Source: Salpingoeca rosetta (Eukaryota > Protista > Choanoflagellata). From it: a DNA stretch of 64,000 nt. Position numbers and translations under genes: made by a program. The notes beneath the pieces are model-generated. The model worked only from the letters and a program-made list of their open reading frames with translations, had not been told where the DNA came from and did no database searches. Below are positions 34,113 to 61,237 of the stretch, in pieces. The stretch is from assembly GCA_033442325.1 (NCBI GenBank), contig JAWQFM010000024.1, positions 136,400 through 200,399 on the forward strand, written 5' to 3'. Each line of letters begins with the position of its first letter. Position 1 is the first letter of the stretch.

Positions 34113-34957
34113 CACTTTGTGTGTGTATGTGTGTGAGAGAGTGAGAGAGTGAGTATGTTTGTATTTGTATTTGTGTGTGTGTGTATGTATGTGTGTGCGA
34201 GGGGACGCAAGAGGAAAGCGAGTGAGTTCCACTGCGCTTTCCGGTTTAACCCTGCTTTCTTCAACGACTACTGTATGCACGACCAATGATCGAGTGACCG
34301 ACTGACTGCCAAGCCAGCACCTGCTGCTTGATTGATTTTACCCTGTGCTTCATGATATGAACCGTTGTTAGCTATGTTATCGCACATGCATGTGCATGTT
34401 CATGTGCTGCTTGATGGTTGATGCTTGATCTTTCACTGGGAAGCGGGGTTTGTGTTTGTCGTTGTGGTGGGTGTGTTTGTCGTTGTGATGACATTGCTGT
34501 CAGCGCTGGTGTGACAGCATAGTTGGTATGAGGACAAGTTGCTCCTGTTCCCTGTGCACGTCAACATCTGAGCCTCTGTCTTGCCTTGTCTTCAGCTCGT
34601 CCGTGTTCTTGCTCGTTCTCCACCTCCTCCTCTCAGCCCTCCCGTCCCAACAGTACAGAGAAATAACGTTCATGTTGTGCACAAAGAGGTGGCGAAGTGA
34701 TGGTGGAGGGTGGATAGAGGCTGATGGAAGGAAGAACAACCCATGATGGAATGATCAAGGACAAAGATGCGAGAGGACTAGCTCGGGGCGACACAGCAAC
34801 AGTCACAAAGCTCCAAGTCAAAGGACACAGGTGCAGGTACACTGGTGCACACAGACACACGCTCCATCATCGAGCCATTGCGTCTATTGCGTGCTCTTGC
34901 TGTTTCTTCTTTCTTGCTTTTTTCTTCTTGCTTGACGGTTGCATGCATTTTCTGCTG

Positions 34958-39781
<4,824 letters not shown>

Positions 39782-40282
39782 CACACGCGTGGTGGTGGTG
39801 GTGGTGTGATTGTCTGTGTGTGTTCATGCAACAGGGCTGATTGCGTGCTGTACAAACTGTGTGTTGGTTGTGGTGGTGTTGTTTGCTGTTTGGTTCGAGT
39901 TAGATCGACATTGTGGTGGTTCTTTATGCTCTTTTCTCTGCAAGCAAGCATCCATTAAACATAGACCGAACACACCCACGCGCAACTCAGGCATCAGACA
40001 TGCTGCTGTGATGTGTGATTGTATTGCTTGCACTCCTGTGATCATATGCTGGGCAACCTGCCTCATTTCTCTTGTGTTCGTTTGCGTGCGCGCGCGCGCG
40101 TGTGTGTATGTTTCTGATGAACGACACACTGTGGTGTTTTATGTACAGACAAACTAACCAAGCAATGGGGGAAGCAAATGAACGGGCCAACCTCAAGTGA
40201 AACGAACATAAAATGAGAGAACAAGTTGTGGTGTGTGGTGTGATAAGACGCTCAACATGAGATTCAGTGTGCATGCATGTGA

Positions 40283-40375
<93 letters not shown>

Positions 40376-40501
40376 CCTTTTTTTTTTTTTTTCATCGTGC
40401 ACATCATGTGGACAGAGGTCACAAATGCGTGTGCGAGAGATGCCAGCCCACACCAGTGCCACCGCCCTCAAGCACAACACACCGCCACAACCGCCCTGCA
40501 T

Positions 40502-43078
<2,577 letters not shown>

Positions 43079-43172
43079 ATCTCCTCTTTGTTCTTGCTTG
43101 CTTGTTGGCGGAAGCGCTGTGTCAGAAACAAAGGCCTGTCATTTATATAGGCCAACACACCTACAACTAGGC
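43079..43172. promoter_or_regulatory. Very short bidirectional promoter between DHDDS and DNAAF4
   Basis: Only 94 bp between the divergent ATGs; contains TTTATATA flanked by GGCCT/AGGCC. Confidence 0.6.
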
Positions 43173-45793
43173 ATGCCGGTTATCGTCAAGGACTGCGAGT
43201 GGACGCAAACAGATGACAGCGTGGAGGTGGTGGTGCCGCTCAAGGGCAAAGCACCCCCACCCTCTGCCGTCTTCACCTCAGATACATACATCAAGGTCAG
43301 GCGTGTGTGTGTGTGTCTGTGTGTCTGTGTGTCTGTGTCTGTGCGTGTGTATGTGTGTCTGTGCGTGACTGTGTGTGTGTATGTGTGTGCATGTGTGTGT
43401 GTGCATGCATTTATTGCGAGCTCACACAGACTGTGTCACGCTTGTGCGCAACAACCACAACACAATGCGCAGGTGAACTTTCCCCCGTTTCTGTTCGAGC
43501 TTGATCTGCTGCACCCCATTGATGAAGCAGAGAGCAAGGCCGTCATCTCAAAGGGCGTGGCAAAGTTCCAGCTGAAGAAACAAACCCCAGGCGCATGGGA
43601 ACAACTCGCATACAAGACGTGCGTGCGTGTGTGTGTGCGTGTGTGTGTGTGTGTCTGATCTCCTGATCGTCGTGCTTTAAAGAACTCACAGGAGCACGCT
43701 CATACCCATGCACACGCACACACACACACACCCTCACATACCCTCACACATACACACATACCCTCACACACACACACTCACACGATTTCCAGAGAGGACA
43801 AGGCAGCGCTACGACAGCGGCGCCTCAAGGCAGAGGAGGGCGTGCGACAGCGAGCAGCGGAGCAAGCTGAGACGAAATCCAAGGAGCAGTATGAGAAGCA
43901 GCGGGCAGCAGTTCAACGTCAAATGAAGGTGCAATACACTGTGAATGTGCGTGTGTGTGTGTGTGGATCATGCAAAGGAATATGCAGATACGTTTGTGGA
44001 AGAGTGTGTGCTTGTGTGTTCGCGTGTGAATGCAATCAGATTCACTTTGCGTGCCTGTGATTGTATCTATCATCATCAACTCACAGCTGGAGGAAGAGGA
44101 GAGGCGACGACGACAGGAGAAGCAAGATGCAGCACGCTCTGCAGGTCTGTGCTTGCCCCTGAATGTTTAGTGCCGCTACTTGTGTGCCGTACCCTGCCGT
44201 CGCCTTACCCGTCTTCCCTCCTCGCCAAAGCCTCACCCTCGCTTCTGTGCGTGCACATGTGCGCTGCTCCCAACGCCTGTGTTGCAGTGGATGATGCGCT
44301 CGCCCAAGGCATCGCTGCCACGTCCATCTCCGCACAAACGTCCAGCCCACCACCACCACCACCACCATCTTCATCATCAACATCAGCAACAACACTGGCA
44401 CTGACGACAACAGCACCCTCCACAGCATCGTCCCTCCCGCCTGTGCGTCGTGCAGGCAAAATCAGTGTCACATTCTCCCACCGCGCATTCAAAACCCCCG
44501 AGCGCGAGACGTACAAGGAGCAGGAGCAGCAGGTAAGTTTCGAAGACTTGCACGTGTGCGTGCACATGTACCTCAGCTTGCATGCATATAAATATATGTA
44601 TATGTTCGTGCTGCAAGCAACTGCAGCTGCACCTGTTGCATCTCTTCACACACACACACACACACACACCACACACACACACACACCAACACTGTCCCAA
44701 CCCCCCCCCTGATCCTCACGATGGATGTAGTGGCTGGACAAGCAAGCGGCTGCACGAAAGGCGATTGCAGAGGCGAAGGGCGAGGGTGGCGTTGAACACG
44801 ATCCACTCTGGTACATCGACAAGGGCAGGTACGCACACACATGCTCATTGTTTTATGTTTGTTTGAGTGAATGAGTGTGTGAGCGAGAGTGTGTGTTTCC
44901 TTGTTTGTTTGTTTGTTTGTTTGTTTGTTTGTTTGTTTGTTTGTTTGTTTGTTTGTTTGTTTGTTTGTTTGTTTGTTTGTTTGTTTGTTTGTTTGTTTGT
45001 TTGTTTGTTTGTTTGTTTGTTTGTTTGTGGCCAAGTGTGTTTGGTGCCTTCGCGCGTGCATGCCTCACTCTTGCCCACACATGCACACGCGTTCATGTGT
45101 AACTTTGCTGCGTCCTGGACTGCAGATCCTTCTTCCGTGCCGGTGACTGTCAGAGTGCAATCAATGCGTTCACATCAGCAGGTCTGTGACTGAGCATTCG
45201 CGCGTGTGCCTGCATGTTTGTTCTTGTGCATGTGTGCCTCGAGTGTATTCCTTTTCTCATGCATGGCGCACATCATCTGATGCCCTCATGCCACCACCAC
45301 TCTTGTCACCATCACCATCACCACCATCAATTCATCACCACCACCACTAGTGACCCTGGACAAGACGAGTGCCACTGCGTTCAGTCTTCGTGCTGCGTGC
45401 CATCTTCGCCTATGCGACTACCAGGCATGCGCCGCTGACGCCACCAAGGTCTGTGGTGATGATGACTGCTGGTGGTTTTCCGTTTGGTGTCATGAACACT
45501 CAACCACTCGACATCCTGACCGTCAATGGCCTTGCTTGCAAGCACATCTGTCCTTTCCGCCCTTCACCAACCAACCATGTGCATTCTTGCTTCCAACCCC
45601 AGGCGCTGTCGCTGCTACAGCCCCCGTGTTCAGCCAATGCAGGCGATCGCTTGAAGGCGCACCTCCGCCGCGCCGCCGCTCTTGAGGCAATCAACGACAC
45701 CCAAGCAGGTCCGTGGCGTTGTTTGTGTACGTGTGTCTGTATCTGTGTCTGTGTCTGTGCCTGTGTTTGTGTGTCTGTGTCTGTGTCTGTGTC

Positions 45794-45835
<42 letters not shown>

Positions 45836-46091
45836 TGTGTGTGTGTGTGATGTGTGATGTGTACGCTTCATGTTCATGTTTGCGTCGCGCCGTTTGCAAT
45901 CATGTGAAGACTCATACCCCTGCCATTGGTTTTGTTCGACTTCTTCAACCACCACCACCACCACCGCAGCGCTGTTTGATTATCGCAAGGCTCTGGAGCT
46001 TCAGCCGCACGACGCGCGCGTGCGTGCACACATTGCCGAGCTCACGGGCGATGATGGTGGCGATGGTGGTGGTGGTGGGGTGCAGGAGTAG
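43173..46091 (+). CDS. DNAAF4: Dynein axonemal assembly factor 4 (CS/p23 domain plus TPRs), multi-exon
   Basis: [21 protein letters not shown]|[45 protein letters not shown], and TPRs ([25 protein letters not shown]) match DYX1C1. Confidence 0.93.
44901..45027. repeat. (GTTT)n microsatellite in a DNAAF4 intron
   Basis: Direct reading. Confidence 0.95.
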
Positions 46092-46330
46092 GCTGGACCT
46101 TGTGTGATGTGAAACGGTGTCCTTTGAGACAGCACCGTCGTGTGTCGGAATTAAATGAAAAAAAGGTGTACCAGTCGTGTGCTCACCCGTCGATTCGCTC
46201 GCGTAAATGGTTGTATTGGGCGTGCATGCAAGCACGACAGTTTGAGGTTCAATAGCTGATGAGAAGACAAGGAGGGAAGATCAAGGCTACTCCAAAAGAC
46301 ACACACACACACACGCAAAACCCGGTTCAT

Positions 46331-46361
<31 letters not shown>

Positions 46362-46396
46362 GTTGTGAGTGCTGCTTGGCTAAATACGTCCTAGTC

Positions 46397-46487
46397 CTAG
46401 GACGACACGCGCTGGGCTTCGCGTTGGCGCTTCATCTGAATCTTCGCATGAGTGTACACAATACCTGTTGTGGGGGGGGGAGCAGTG

Positions 46488-46545
<58 letters not shown>

Positions 46546-47773
46546 TGTTGATTTGAAGGCGGAGGAAGGAGGGTGCGAATGTGGAGGAGGTGAGCGGTCA
46601 CGCGTTTGAAACGACCAGGGCAACAATACACGGAGCACACAGGGCAAACACATACGCTCATACGTTACAGACACACACATACATACACACGCTCACATAT
46701 GCACAGCGCACAGCGTTACACACGTACGCACCCACGTGCAAACACACACACACACACACATACACAGTGCGCGCACCTGCACCGAGGCCGACGGCGATGC
46801 TGACCATGGTCTTCCACGTCATGTTCATGTGGAAGAAGAGCACAGACGCAAACGTGATGGGGATCTTGTTGAGCGAGCCAACCATGCTGTACGTGGTCGG
46901 AGACGTGGTGGACATGACCCAGAACACGGCAAACGACAGGCCCGTGCCCACCACACCACTCAGCACAACGCTGACGACAAAGGATGGCGCTGTGAGGTTC
47001 TTGAACTCCATGGCCTGAAACAGCTCCCCGGTAAACACGCTCGACGCGCTCATCAGCACCACGCAGAGCAGGTTGTTGTAGAAGGACATGCCCCACTCCG
47101 AGAGCTGCGTCGTCGTCTTGGCATACCGCGCATACAGCACATACGACGCCTGGCTCAGGCAGTTGAGGCTCATCCACACATAGCCCTGCAGGTTAAACTC
47201 CAGATCGGTGAACCCGGTGAGGATCGAGCCAACCACCATGAGCATGAAGCTCACAATCACCCCGCGCGTCACCGTCTGCCCAAAGAAGTGCCAGTCGCCG
47301 TACGCGATGAGAAGGTTGGTCATGTTCTTGAACACGGTGACAATGGGGATGGACAGGAACACCAGCGTCTTGGAGCCCGTGTACAGCATGAGCCCAAAGA
47401 ACACTGTGACCGGTGCCCAGCGCCGCACCGTCGCCATGGAAAAGCGCTCAAGCTCAATCACTTGACCCACAGACAGCAGCTTCAGGATCACCACGGCCAC
47501 TGCACTCTGGAACAGCAGCAGCACGGACGGGTACGAGAAGTCGTGCTCCGCAAGCACGAGCTTGTTTGTGAAGATCATCGTCATGCTGCACAGGCAGTAT
47601 GTGAGGATGGCCAGCACAGACGACGTGGCCTGCTTCTTTGAGGAGCCAGCGGACATGTCGCCCGTGAGGATCCCCGCCATGCGGTGCTGTGTCTGTTGGC
47701 CATTGTTGCTTGCGCCACCATTGCTTAGGTTGACACCGCTTGTCTTTGCTTTCGCCATGTTGCCAACACCCAT
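46397..47773 (-). CDS. VRG4: Golgi GDP-mannose transporter (VRG4/GONST, SLC35 family), 2 exons
   Basis: YCLCSMTMIFTNKLVL, LSIPIVTVFKN, GYVWMSLNC, FYNNLL, TSPTTYSMVGSLNKIP (GXLNK GDP-sugar motif); ~10 TM helices; short last exon GIVYTHAK. Confidence 0.9.
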
Positions 47774-48122
47774 CTGATTGTTGTGGTGCCTGGAATGGTG
47801 CCTGGAATGGTGCTTGGGCTGGTGTCGAGTGCAGCCGTTCCCTCTGCCTCTGTTCCTTCTCTGCTGTTGTCTGCTACGCCTCTGCCCCTTCCCGCTCACC
47901 AGCACACGCGCCGTAGTGGCAAGCCTGCCTCCGCGTCAATCAATCAATCAATCAATCAAATCAAATCAAATCAAACCAACCACACTACTGCTTTGTGTGC
48001 GCGGTGGCGGTGGTGCTGTGGCGTGCTGCTGTTGTTGGGGTGTTGCCGTGGAAGTGGGGAAAAGTTGCTGTATCTTCAAGTACAATTCTGCTGTGACGAG
48101 TGCCAAGACAACGAAGACAACG

Positions 48123-48557
48123 ATGATGCTGTGTCGGCGAGTTGCCTCGTCTGTTTGTGCCCAGCAAGCACGTGGTGCTGGAAGGCTGGTGCACACGGCA
48201 CAAGCATCATACGGCGCAGATGGCAGCAGGTTTGGCGCTGGGTGGACAACGGAGGAACAGAGGGCCATGGCTGATGGCCAAGGCGTGTTTGGCGCGTTTG
48301 CAGACGCGTACGATGCGCTCCGGCCAGACTACCCAGAGGCCATGTACACGAAGATCATCCATCGCGTCCTTGCCAACAACACCAACAACAACACCAGTGA
48401 CAGTGGTGCGTGGGTCAAGGCGATGGACATTGGCGCAGGCACGGGCAGGGGAGCTGTCCGCTTGGCGCAGCACCCACTCGTCAAGCACGTGACAGTCACT
48501 GAGCCAGACCAGGGCATGCTCTCCCAGTGTGAGGCTGCGTTTGAGCGCGTGCAAAAT

Positions 48558-48598
<41 letters not shown>

Positions 48599-49151
48599 TG
48601 CAGAGATGGCAGAGGCCACGTTCTTGCGCGTGAGCGCAGAGAATTTGCGGGAGGTGCCCGAAGCCAGCATCGACGTGGCGGTGTGCCTGCAGGCCTGGCA
48701 CTGGGTCGACAACACCAAGGGCCTGGACGAGGTGGCGCGGGTGCTGCGCCCCGGTGGCGTGTTTGCCGTGGCATGGAACGACCGCGACCTCAGCGTACCC
48801 TGGGTCGCTGACCTCGAACGCCTGATTGAGTCGTACAACCTCGACTACGACAGGGATGAGCGCCAGTGCGACAAGTACGGCCGCCCGCTCTCCGCGGACC
48901 CGCGACTGCGGTTGCTGTCGCAGGAGGACATCCCGCACGCCTTGCACATGGCGTCGCCGCAGCAGCTGGTCGACCTGACGCACACGTTCTCGTACGTGCG
49001 CAACGCGCTGACGGCAGAGAAGCTGGAGGAGTTCTCGAAAGAGTGCCTTGCGATTGCGACCAATGCCATGGAACTGCAGCAGAAAGATGTGAGCAACACT
49101 GAGTTTGAACTGCCCCTCAAGACACGGCTGTACTTGCTGGAGCGCGTGTAA
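48123..49151 (+). CDS. Class I SAM-dependent small-molecule methyltransferase (Methyltransf_11) with mitochondrial-type presequence, single exon
   Basis: FADAYDALRPDYP, MDIGAGTG, EPDQGML, SAENL, CLQAWHWVD, EVARVLRPGGVFAVAWN. Confidence 0.88.
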
Positions 49152-49556
49152 TGCCATGCACGTGATGCGCGTGGGTTGCGTGTGTGTATGTGTGTATGTA
49201 TGTGGGCGGACGTGTGTACTTGTGTATGTATATGCTTTTGGGTGGGCGTGTGGGCGTGCGCGTGCGCGTGTGTGGGTGAATGTGTGTGTGTGCACCTCTG
49301 TCACACAACAACGTTTTGCGTGTTGTTTGTTGCATTGCATGCACGGCACTTTGCACTGTATAAACTGCAATGATTTGAACGAGTCCACTCTAAGCTTCTT
49401 GATGGTCTACGAACACCAAAACAATCACAGCATTGAACAAGAGGGAAAGAGGCAGCGAGACATAGAGAGATGAGGAAGAGATGAAGCAAACAAGGAAGCA
49501 AGCGCGTACAATGTTCATGCACACACACACGCACACGTCACACGCACACGCAGGGG

Positions 49557-55781
<6,225 letters not shown>

Positions 55782-55808
55782 ATCCAACAACACCACAAAA
55801 AAAATATG

Positions 55809-55865
<57 letters not shown>

Positions 55866-56111
55866 TGTGTCTCTCTGACTGTCTGTCTCTCTGACTGTCT
55901 GTCTCTCTGTCTGTCTCTCTGTCTGTGGTGCGTGTGTGTGGATGCACGCTTTGCTGTTGTGATGTTGTTCATGAGACTGCTTTGGTGTGCTGTAGGCAGT
56001 GGCCCTTCGACCTGCCAAACTGTTGTTCCTTTTATTGCCGAATGCCTTACTCACCCCACTACAACATCACTCACCACCGCCCGCCATCACCGCCACCACC
56101 TGCGCATCGCG

Positions 56112-56362
56112 TCAGTACGTTGGGAACGAAGGGTCCACAGCCTTTGACCAAGCGTGCAGGCCTCCAACGACATCCAGCACCTGCACCTCGGCTGCGCTGT
56201 TGCCATCACCGCCATCACCACCATCTCCACTGCTGTTGCTGCTGCTGGCCGCGTGTGTGCGTATGATCTGCTCGAGCAACACGGCAGCGTGCTGCGAATC
56301 ATTCCCGCGCCGGCACACCGCAATCACACGCGACGTCGTCTCCACGGCAACCGTGGCCCGTC

Positions 56363-56397
<35 letters not shown>

Positions 56398-57442
56398 CCA
56401 TCATCATCAGCACCATCATCATCAGCACCATCATCGTCATCACTATCAGCAACAGCGGTACCACGACGGTGACTTCTGCCACAACTGCTGTCATGTGCAG
56501 ACGTGGACGTGCGATCACCTGTGCCCGCCAAACACATGTCAATGACGCGTTGCAATATGGCCTCGGCTCCTTCTGCCCCCGGCGAAAACCCGCGCCGAGC
56601 CACCTGCAGGAAGCAGGTGGTGGTGGTGGTGGTGGTGGTGGCGTGCGTGCGTGCACGCGCGCGCGCAAACGTGAGGTCGAGTGTATCAAGTGATAAGCCA
56701 CATGTGAGGTTAGGAGCGGACACCCCCACGAGGCAGCAACGTGAATGTAAGACACACAACACACACAACAACAACAACAACAACAACAACAACACAACAC
56801 AACAACAACACAACACATTCGCGCGCACCCGCTTGATGGTGGCGAGGGGCACGTTGAGTGTGTTTGGGAGCGAGCAGATGCCAAACTCAACCGCTGGTCG
56901 CACGTCGATGATCTGAACAGGACACGAAGCGCGAGGCAACAGCAAGCGCAACAGGCAGGAGTGGCGGTTGAGAGGTTTGAAGAGAGGAGTGGGTGAGAGG
57001 GCGAAGAGTTGCATTGTGGGCTGCAAATCAACACCAAACGGTGTGACTGCGCACGCACATCACAACAACACACACCAAACACACACCAAACACACACCAA
57101 ACACACACCAAACATCAAGCAGCCACAACGTTGTTAGCACACGCATCCTCGCACATTGGTGCGCGTCGCGGGCGCACGGTGGCGGTGGAGAAGATCGCGA
57201 AGTCGGGGTGCAGTCAGCCGTTGTGATGGGTCACGAAGGGACACGCCGCTGGTGACATCACACGCGTCCATGTGACAGAACGACACGTAATCCTCCAGCA
57301 GGGCCTGCATTCTGTTTGGGCCCTCACCACAGGCAACGCAGTCAGGCCTGCGTGGCCGCAGCTTGATTGTGCGGAACAGCCCGCCGGCAGCATCAGCAAC
57401 CAGCATGCGCCGCGCCATCACCGCTGCACCACGCGGGATGTG

Positions 57443-57538
<96 letters not shown>

Positions 57539-57729
57539 NNNNNNNNNNNNNNNNNNNNNNNNNNNNNNNNNNNNNNNNNNNNNNNNNNNNNNNNNNNNNN
57601 NNNNNNNNNNNNNNNNNNNNNNNNNNNNNNNNNNNNNNTCGTGATGTCCATAGCTCACTGATGCTTCAGCAACCATGACTAGTCTGTCATCACTCCCCCG
57701 CATTCCCTACCTTTCTGTTGCGTCGACGT

Positions 57730-57813
<84 letters not shown>

Positions 57814-59899
57814 TACACACACGCATACACGCATACACGCATACACATACGAACATAAACACACACATGCACATGTACACGCGTACGCACACACGCAGAT
57901 GAGCATGGCATGAAAGCAGCAGCAAATCAGAGGCCGACGTTCACGGCGCACACTACTGCAACGCACATACATGAACACGCACACGCGCACACACACACAC
58001 ACGCACACATGGTCATACGCACACATGGTCATACATACATGCACACACATGCGCACGTACGCCGATGACGCCTCCATCTGAGCAGTTGGTGACTGTGGAA
58101 GCGGGTGGGGGGTCGGGAAACAGGCACCGATAGCACGGCGAGCCTGTAGACACGTACACGCACACAAGCAGGCACACGGTGAAGCAGTCAAATGAGGGGC
58201 ACGGCAGTATACACGTCATGTGCGCAACGCGCACACGCGCACAAACACGCACGCACATGCACAAACACGCACGCACACGCATACATGATATATTGGCAGC
58301 ACAGGCACTGTAGACATGTGGGGTTTGCGACGACCGACTGGGCAGCCCACCTTTGTAGTTGTACACGGTGAGCTGTCCGTCTGTGCGCAGCGCACTGCCA
58401 GACACGAGGGGGAGGTCGAGCAGGACACACGCGTCGTTGACAAGGTACCGTGTTGGCGCATTGTCTGCAGGGATATGGGTGGGGGGCAAGGTGGGCGTGC
58501 TGAGAAACGGGCGTGTGTCATGGTTCGTGATGGACTGGTGCGCCTTGTGTTGTCGTGGCCATGCAGCACGCACACCAGGGTTCATATCAACGCATGACAC
58601 TTGTACTGACGCACATGCGCGTATACACACTCACCCACACACTTGAGTAGATGTGCACGAACATCACGCACTTCCACATTCGCGCGCACACGCACGCACC
58701 TGTGGCGTCCACAACAACGTCGTATCCCCTCATGACGGCCAGGGCGTTGCTTGGGGTCAGCCGACACTTGTGGGCAACAAAATGCACATTGGAGTTGAGG
58801 CTGTTTCGTGTCACCACGTGCAGGAGTGCAAGCGTGCAAGTGTGCACAGGTGAGAAAGTGCCAGTGGTGGGGATGGGGAAGGAAGGGGTTGAAGACAGGT
58901 CACGCGTCGAATGTGAGAGGTGTATGCAGGATCCGTGATGGGATGTACCTCTTTAAGCTGGCTATGATGGAGTCCACTTTGTGCACACCCACCCGATCCT
59001 CTGTGTGCAGCACTTGACGGTGAAGGTTGGACACGTCAACCGTGTCGTCGTCCACAAACCCTAGCGTGCCTGTGAGCACATGCAGACGTGTGTGTGGGGG
59101 GGGGGGGTGTGGGGTGGGTGGGTGGGTGGGTGGGTGCATCAGTGCGACGGTTGGAGTGTATAGTTGTACAGTTGTGCACCTGAAGGAACGGAGGTTCGCT
59201 AGCTCCAGTGCAGAGCGAGGTTCGCGTTTGCTGACCACAGTGCCGACACACGTGCGCACACTCAGTCAGCCAATCACCACGGTGTAGCCGTTGCATCGAG
59301 TCACACACGTGTACAAGCACCCACACACTCACACACTCACACGCACGCACGCACGATCAACGCACGCACGCACACGCACACGCACACGCACACGCACACG
59401 CAAGCACACACATGGCACACATGACACGCCACCGTATACACATATGCCGCACTCACCGATGCCGGCGGCGGCGAGATACATGCCAACAGGGCAGCCCAGT
59501 CCACCAGCACCAACCACAAGCACCTTGGCGTTCACAAGCGCCAGTTGTCCTGTACCGTTCGTGAACAAGCGATGTGCCAGAGTCGCAAACACAGCAACCG
59601 TCATTGCTTGTTGGGGCACAGATGGCCTGAGAGGCACAGCACGGCACAGAGCCACAAAAAAAAAAGGCGCAAGCACAGCCCTATCACACACCTGCCAAGC
59701 CCATACAGGGCAAGATCATCTGACGGCTGTATCGCCCTGTTGTGGAGCATGCACACGTGCATGTGTGCATGTGGGTCCATGTGGGTCCATGTGGGTGCAT
59801 GTGTGCGCGCGTGTGTGCGTGTTGGTGAAGGCGATTACGAGGAAACACGCAAACGTGTGAGCACACACACACACACACACACACGCACACACACGCACG

Positions 59900-59934
<35 letters not shown>

Positions 59935-60109
59935 GCACGCACGCACACACACACACCCACACACACACGCACGCACACACACACACCCACACACACACGC
60001 ACGCACGCACGCACACACACACACCAATTTCATCATTGGTCAACGACGTGCGATGCACGTCTGCTGCGTGCTGCGTGCCGCTGTCACAGCCCTTGTCACT
60101 CATCGTCAT
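56112..60109 (-). CDS. MOCS3: Adenylyltransferase/sulfurtransferase MOCS3/UBA4 (ThiF plus rhodanese), multi-exon
   Basis: [98 protein letters not shown]. One exon appears degraded next to the 57539-57638 gap; start uncertain. Confidence 0.93.
57539..57638. other. Assembly gap (100 N)
   Basis: N run. Confidence 1.
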
Positions 60110-60202
60110 CCGTCCCCCTCTTTCCTGCTGAATGTCCGCGATGTTTTTGAAATGAGCACACAAACAAACAAACAAACAAAAGACACGTGGTCTGATGTAC
60201 GC

Positions 60203-60270
<68 letters not shown>

Positions 60271-60271
60271 G

Positions 60272-61237
60272 NNNNNNNNNNNNNNNNNNNNNNNNNNNNN
60301 NNNNNNNNNNNNNNNNNNNNNNNNNNNNNNNNNNNNNNNNNNNNNNNNNNNNNNNNNNNNNNNNNNNNNNNNNNNNNNNNNNNNNNNNNNNNNNNNNNNN
60401 NNNNNNNNNNNNNNNNNNNNNNNNNNNNNNNNNNNNNNNNNNNNNNNNNNNNNNNNNNNNNNNNNNNNNNNNNNNNNNNNNNNNNNNNNNNNNNNNNNNN
60501 NNNNNNNNNNNNNNNNNNNNNNNNNNNNNNNNNNNNNNNNNNNNNNNNNNNNNNNNNNNNNNNNNNNNNNNNNNNNNNNNNNNNNNNNNNNNNNNNNNNN
60601 NNNNNNNNNNNNNNNNNNNNNNNNNNNNNNNNNNNNNNNNNNNNNNNNNNNNNNNNNNNNNNNNNNNNNNNNNNNNNNNNNNNNNNNNNNNNNNNNNNNN
60701 NNNNNNNNNNNNNNNNNNNNNNNNNNNNNNNNNNNNNNNNNNNNNNNNNNNNNNNNNNNNNNNNNNNNNNNNNNNNNNNNNNNNNNNNNNNNNNNNNNNN
60801 NNNNNNNNNNNNNNNNNNNNNNNNNNNNNNNNNNNNNNNNNNNNNNNNNNNNNNNNNNNNNNNNNNNNNNNNNNNNNNNNNNNNNNNNNNNNNNNNNNNN
60901 NNNNNNNNNNNNNNNNNNNNNNNNNNNNNNNNNNNNNNNNNNNNNNNNNNNNNNNNNNNNNNNNNNNNNNNNNNNNNNNNNNNNNNNNNNNNNNNNNNNN
61001 NNNNNNNNNNNNNNNNNNNNNNNNNNNNNNNNNNNNNNNNNNNNNNNNNNNNNNNNNNNNNNNNNNNNNNNNNNNNNNNNNNNNNNNNNNNNNNNNNNNN
61101 NNNNNNNNNNNNNNNNNNNNNNNNNNNNNNNNNNNNNNNNNNNNNNNNNNNNNNNNNNNNNNNNNNNNNNNNNNNNNNNNNNNNNNNNNNNNNNNNNNNN
61201 NNNNNNNNNNNNNNNNNNNNNNNNNNNNNNNNNNNNN
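60272..61237. other. Assembly gap (~966 N)
   Basis: N run. Confidence 1.

Noticed and set aside
57639-57720. Apparent missing or disrupted MOCS3 exon suggesting a pseudogene
   Set aside because: Directly adjacent to an assembly gap, while all other exons are intact with catalytic motifs; most likely low-quality sequence.
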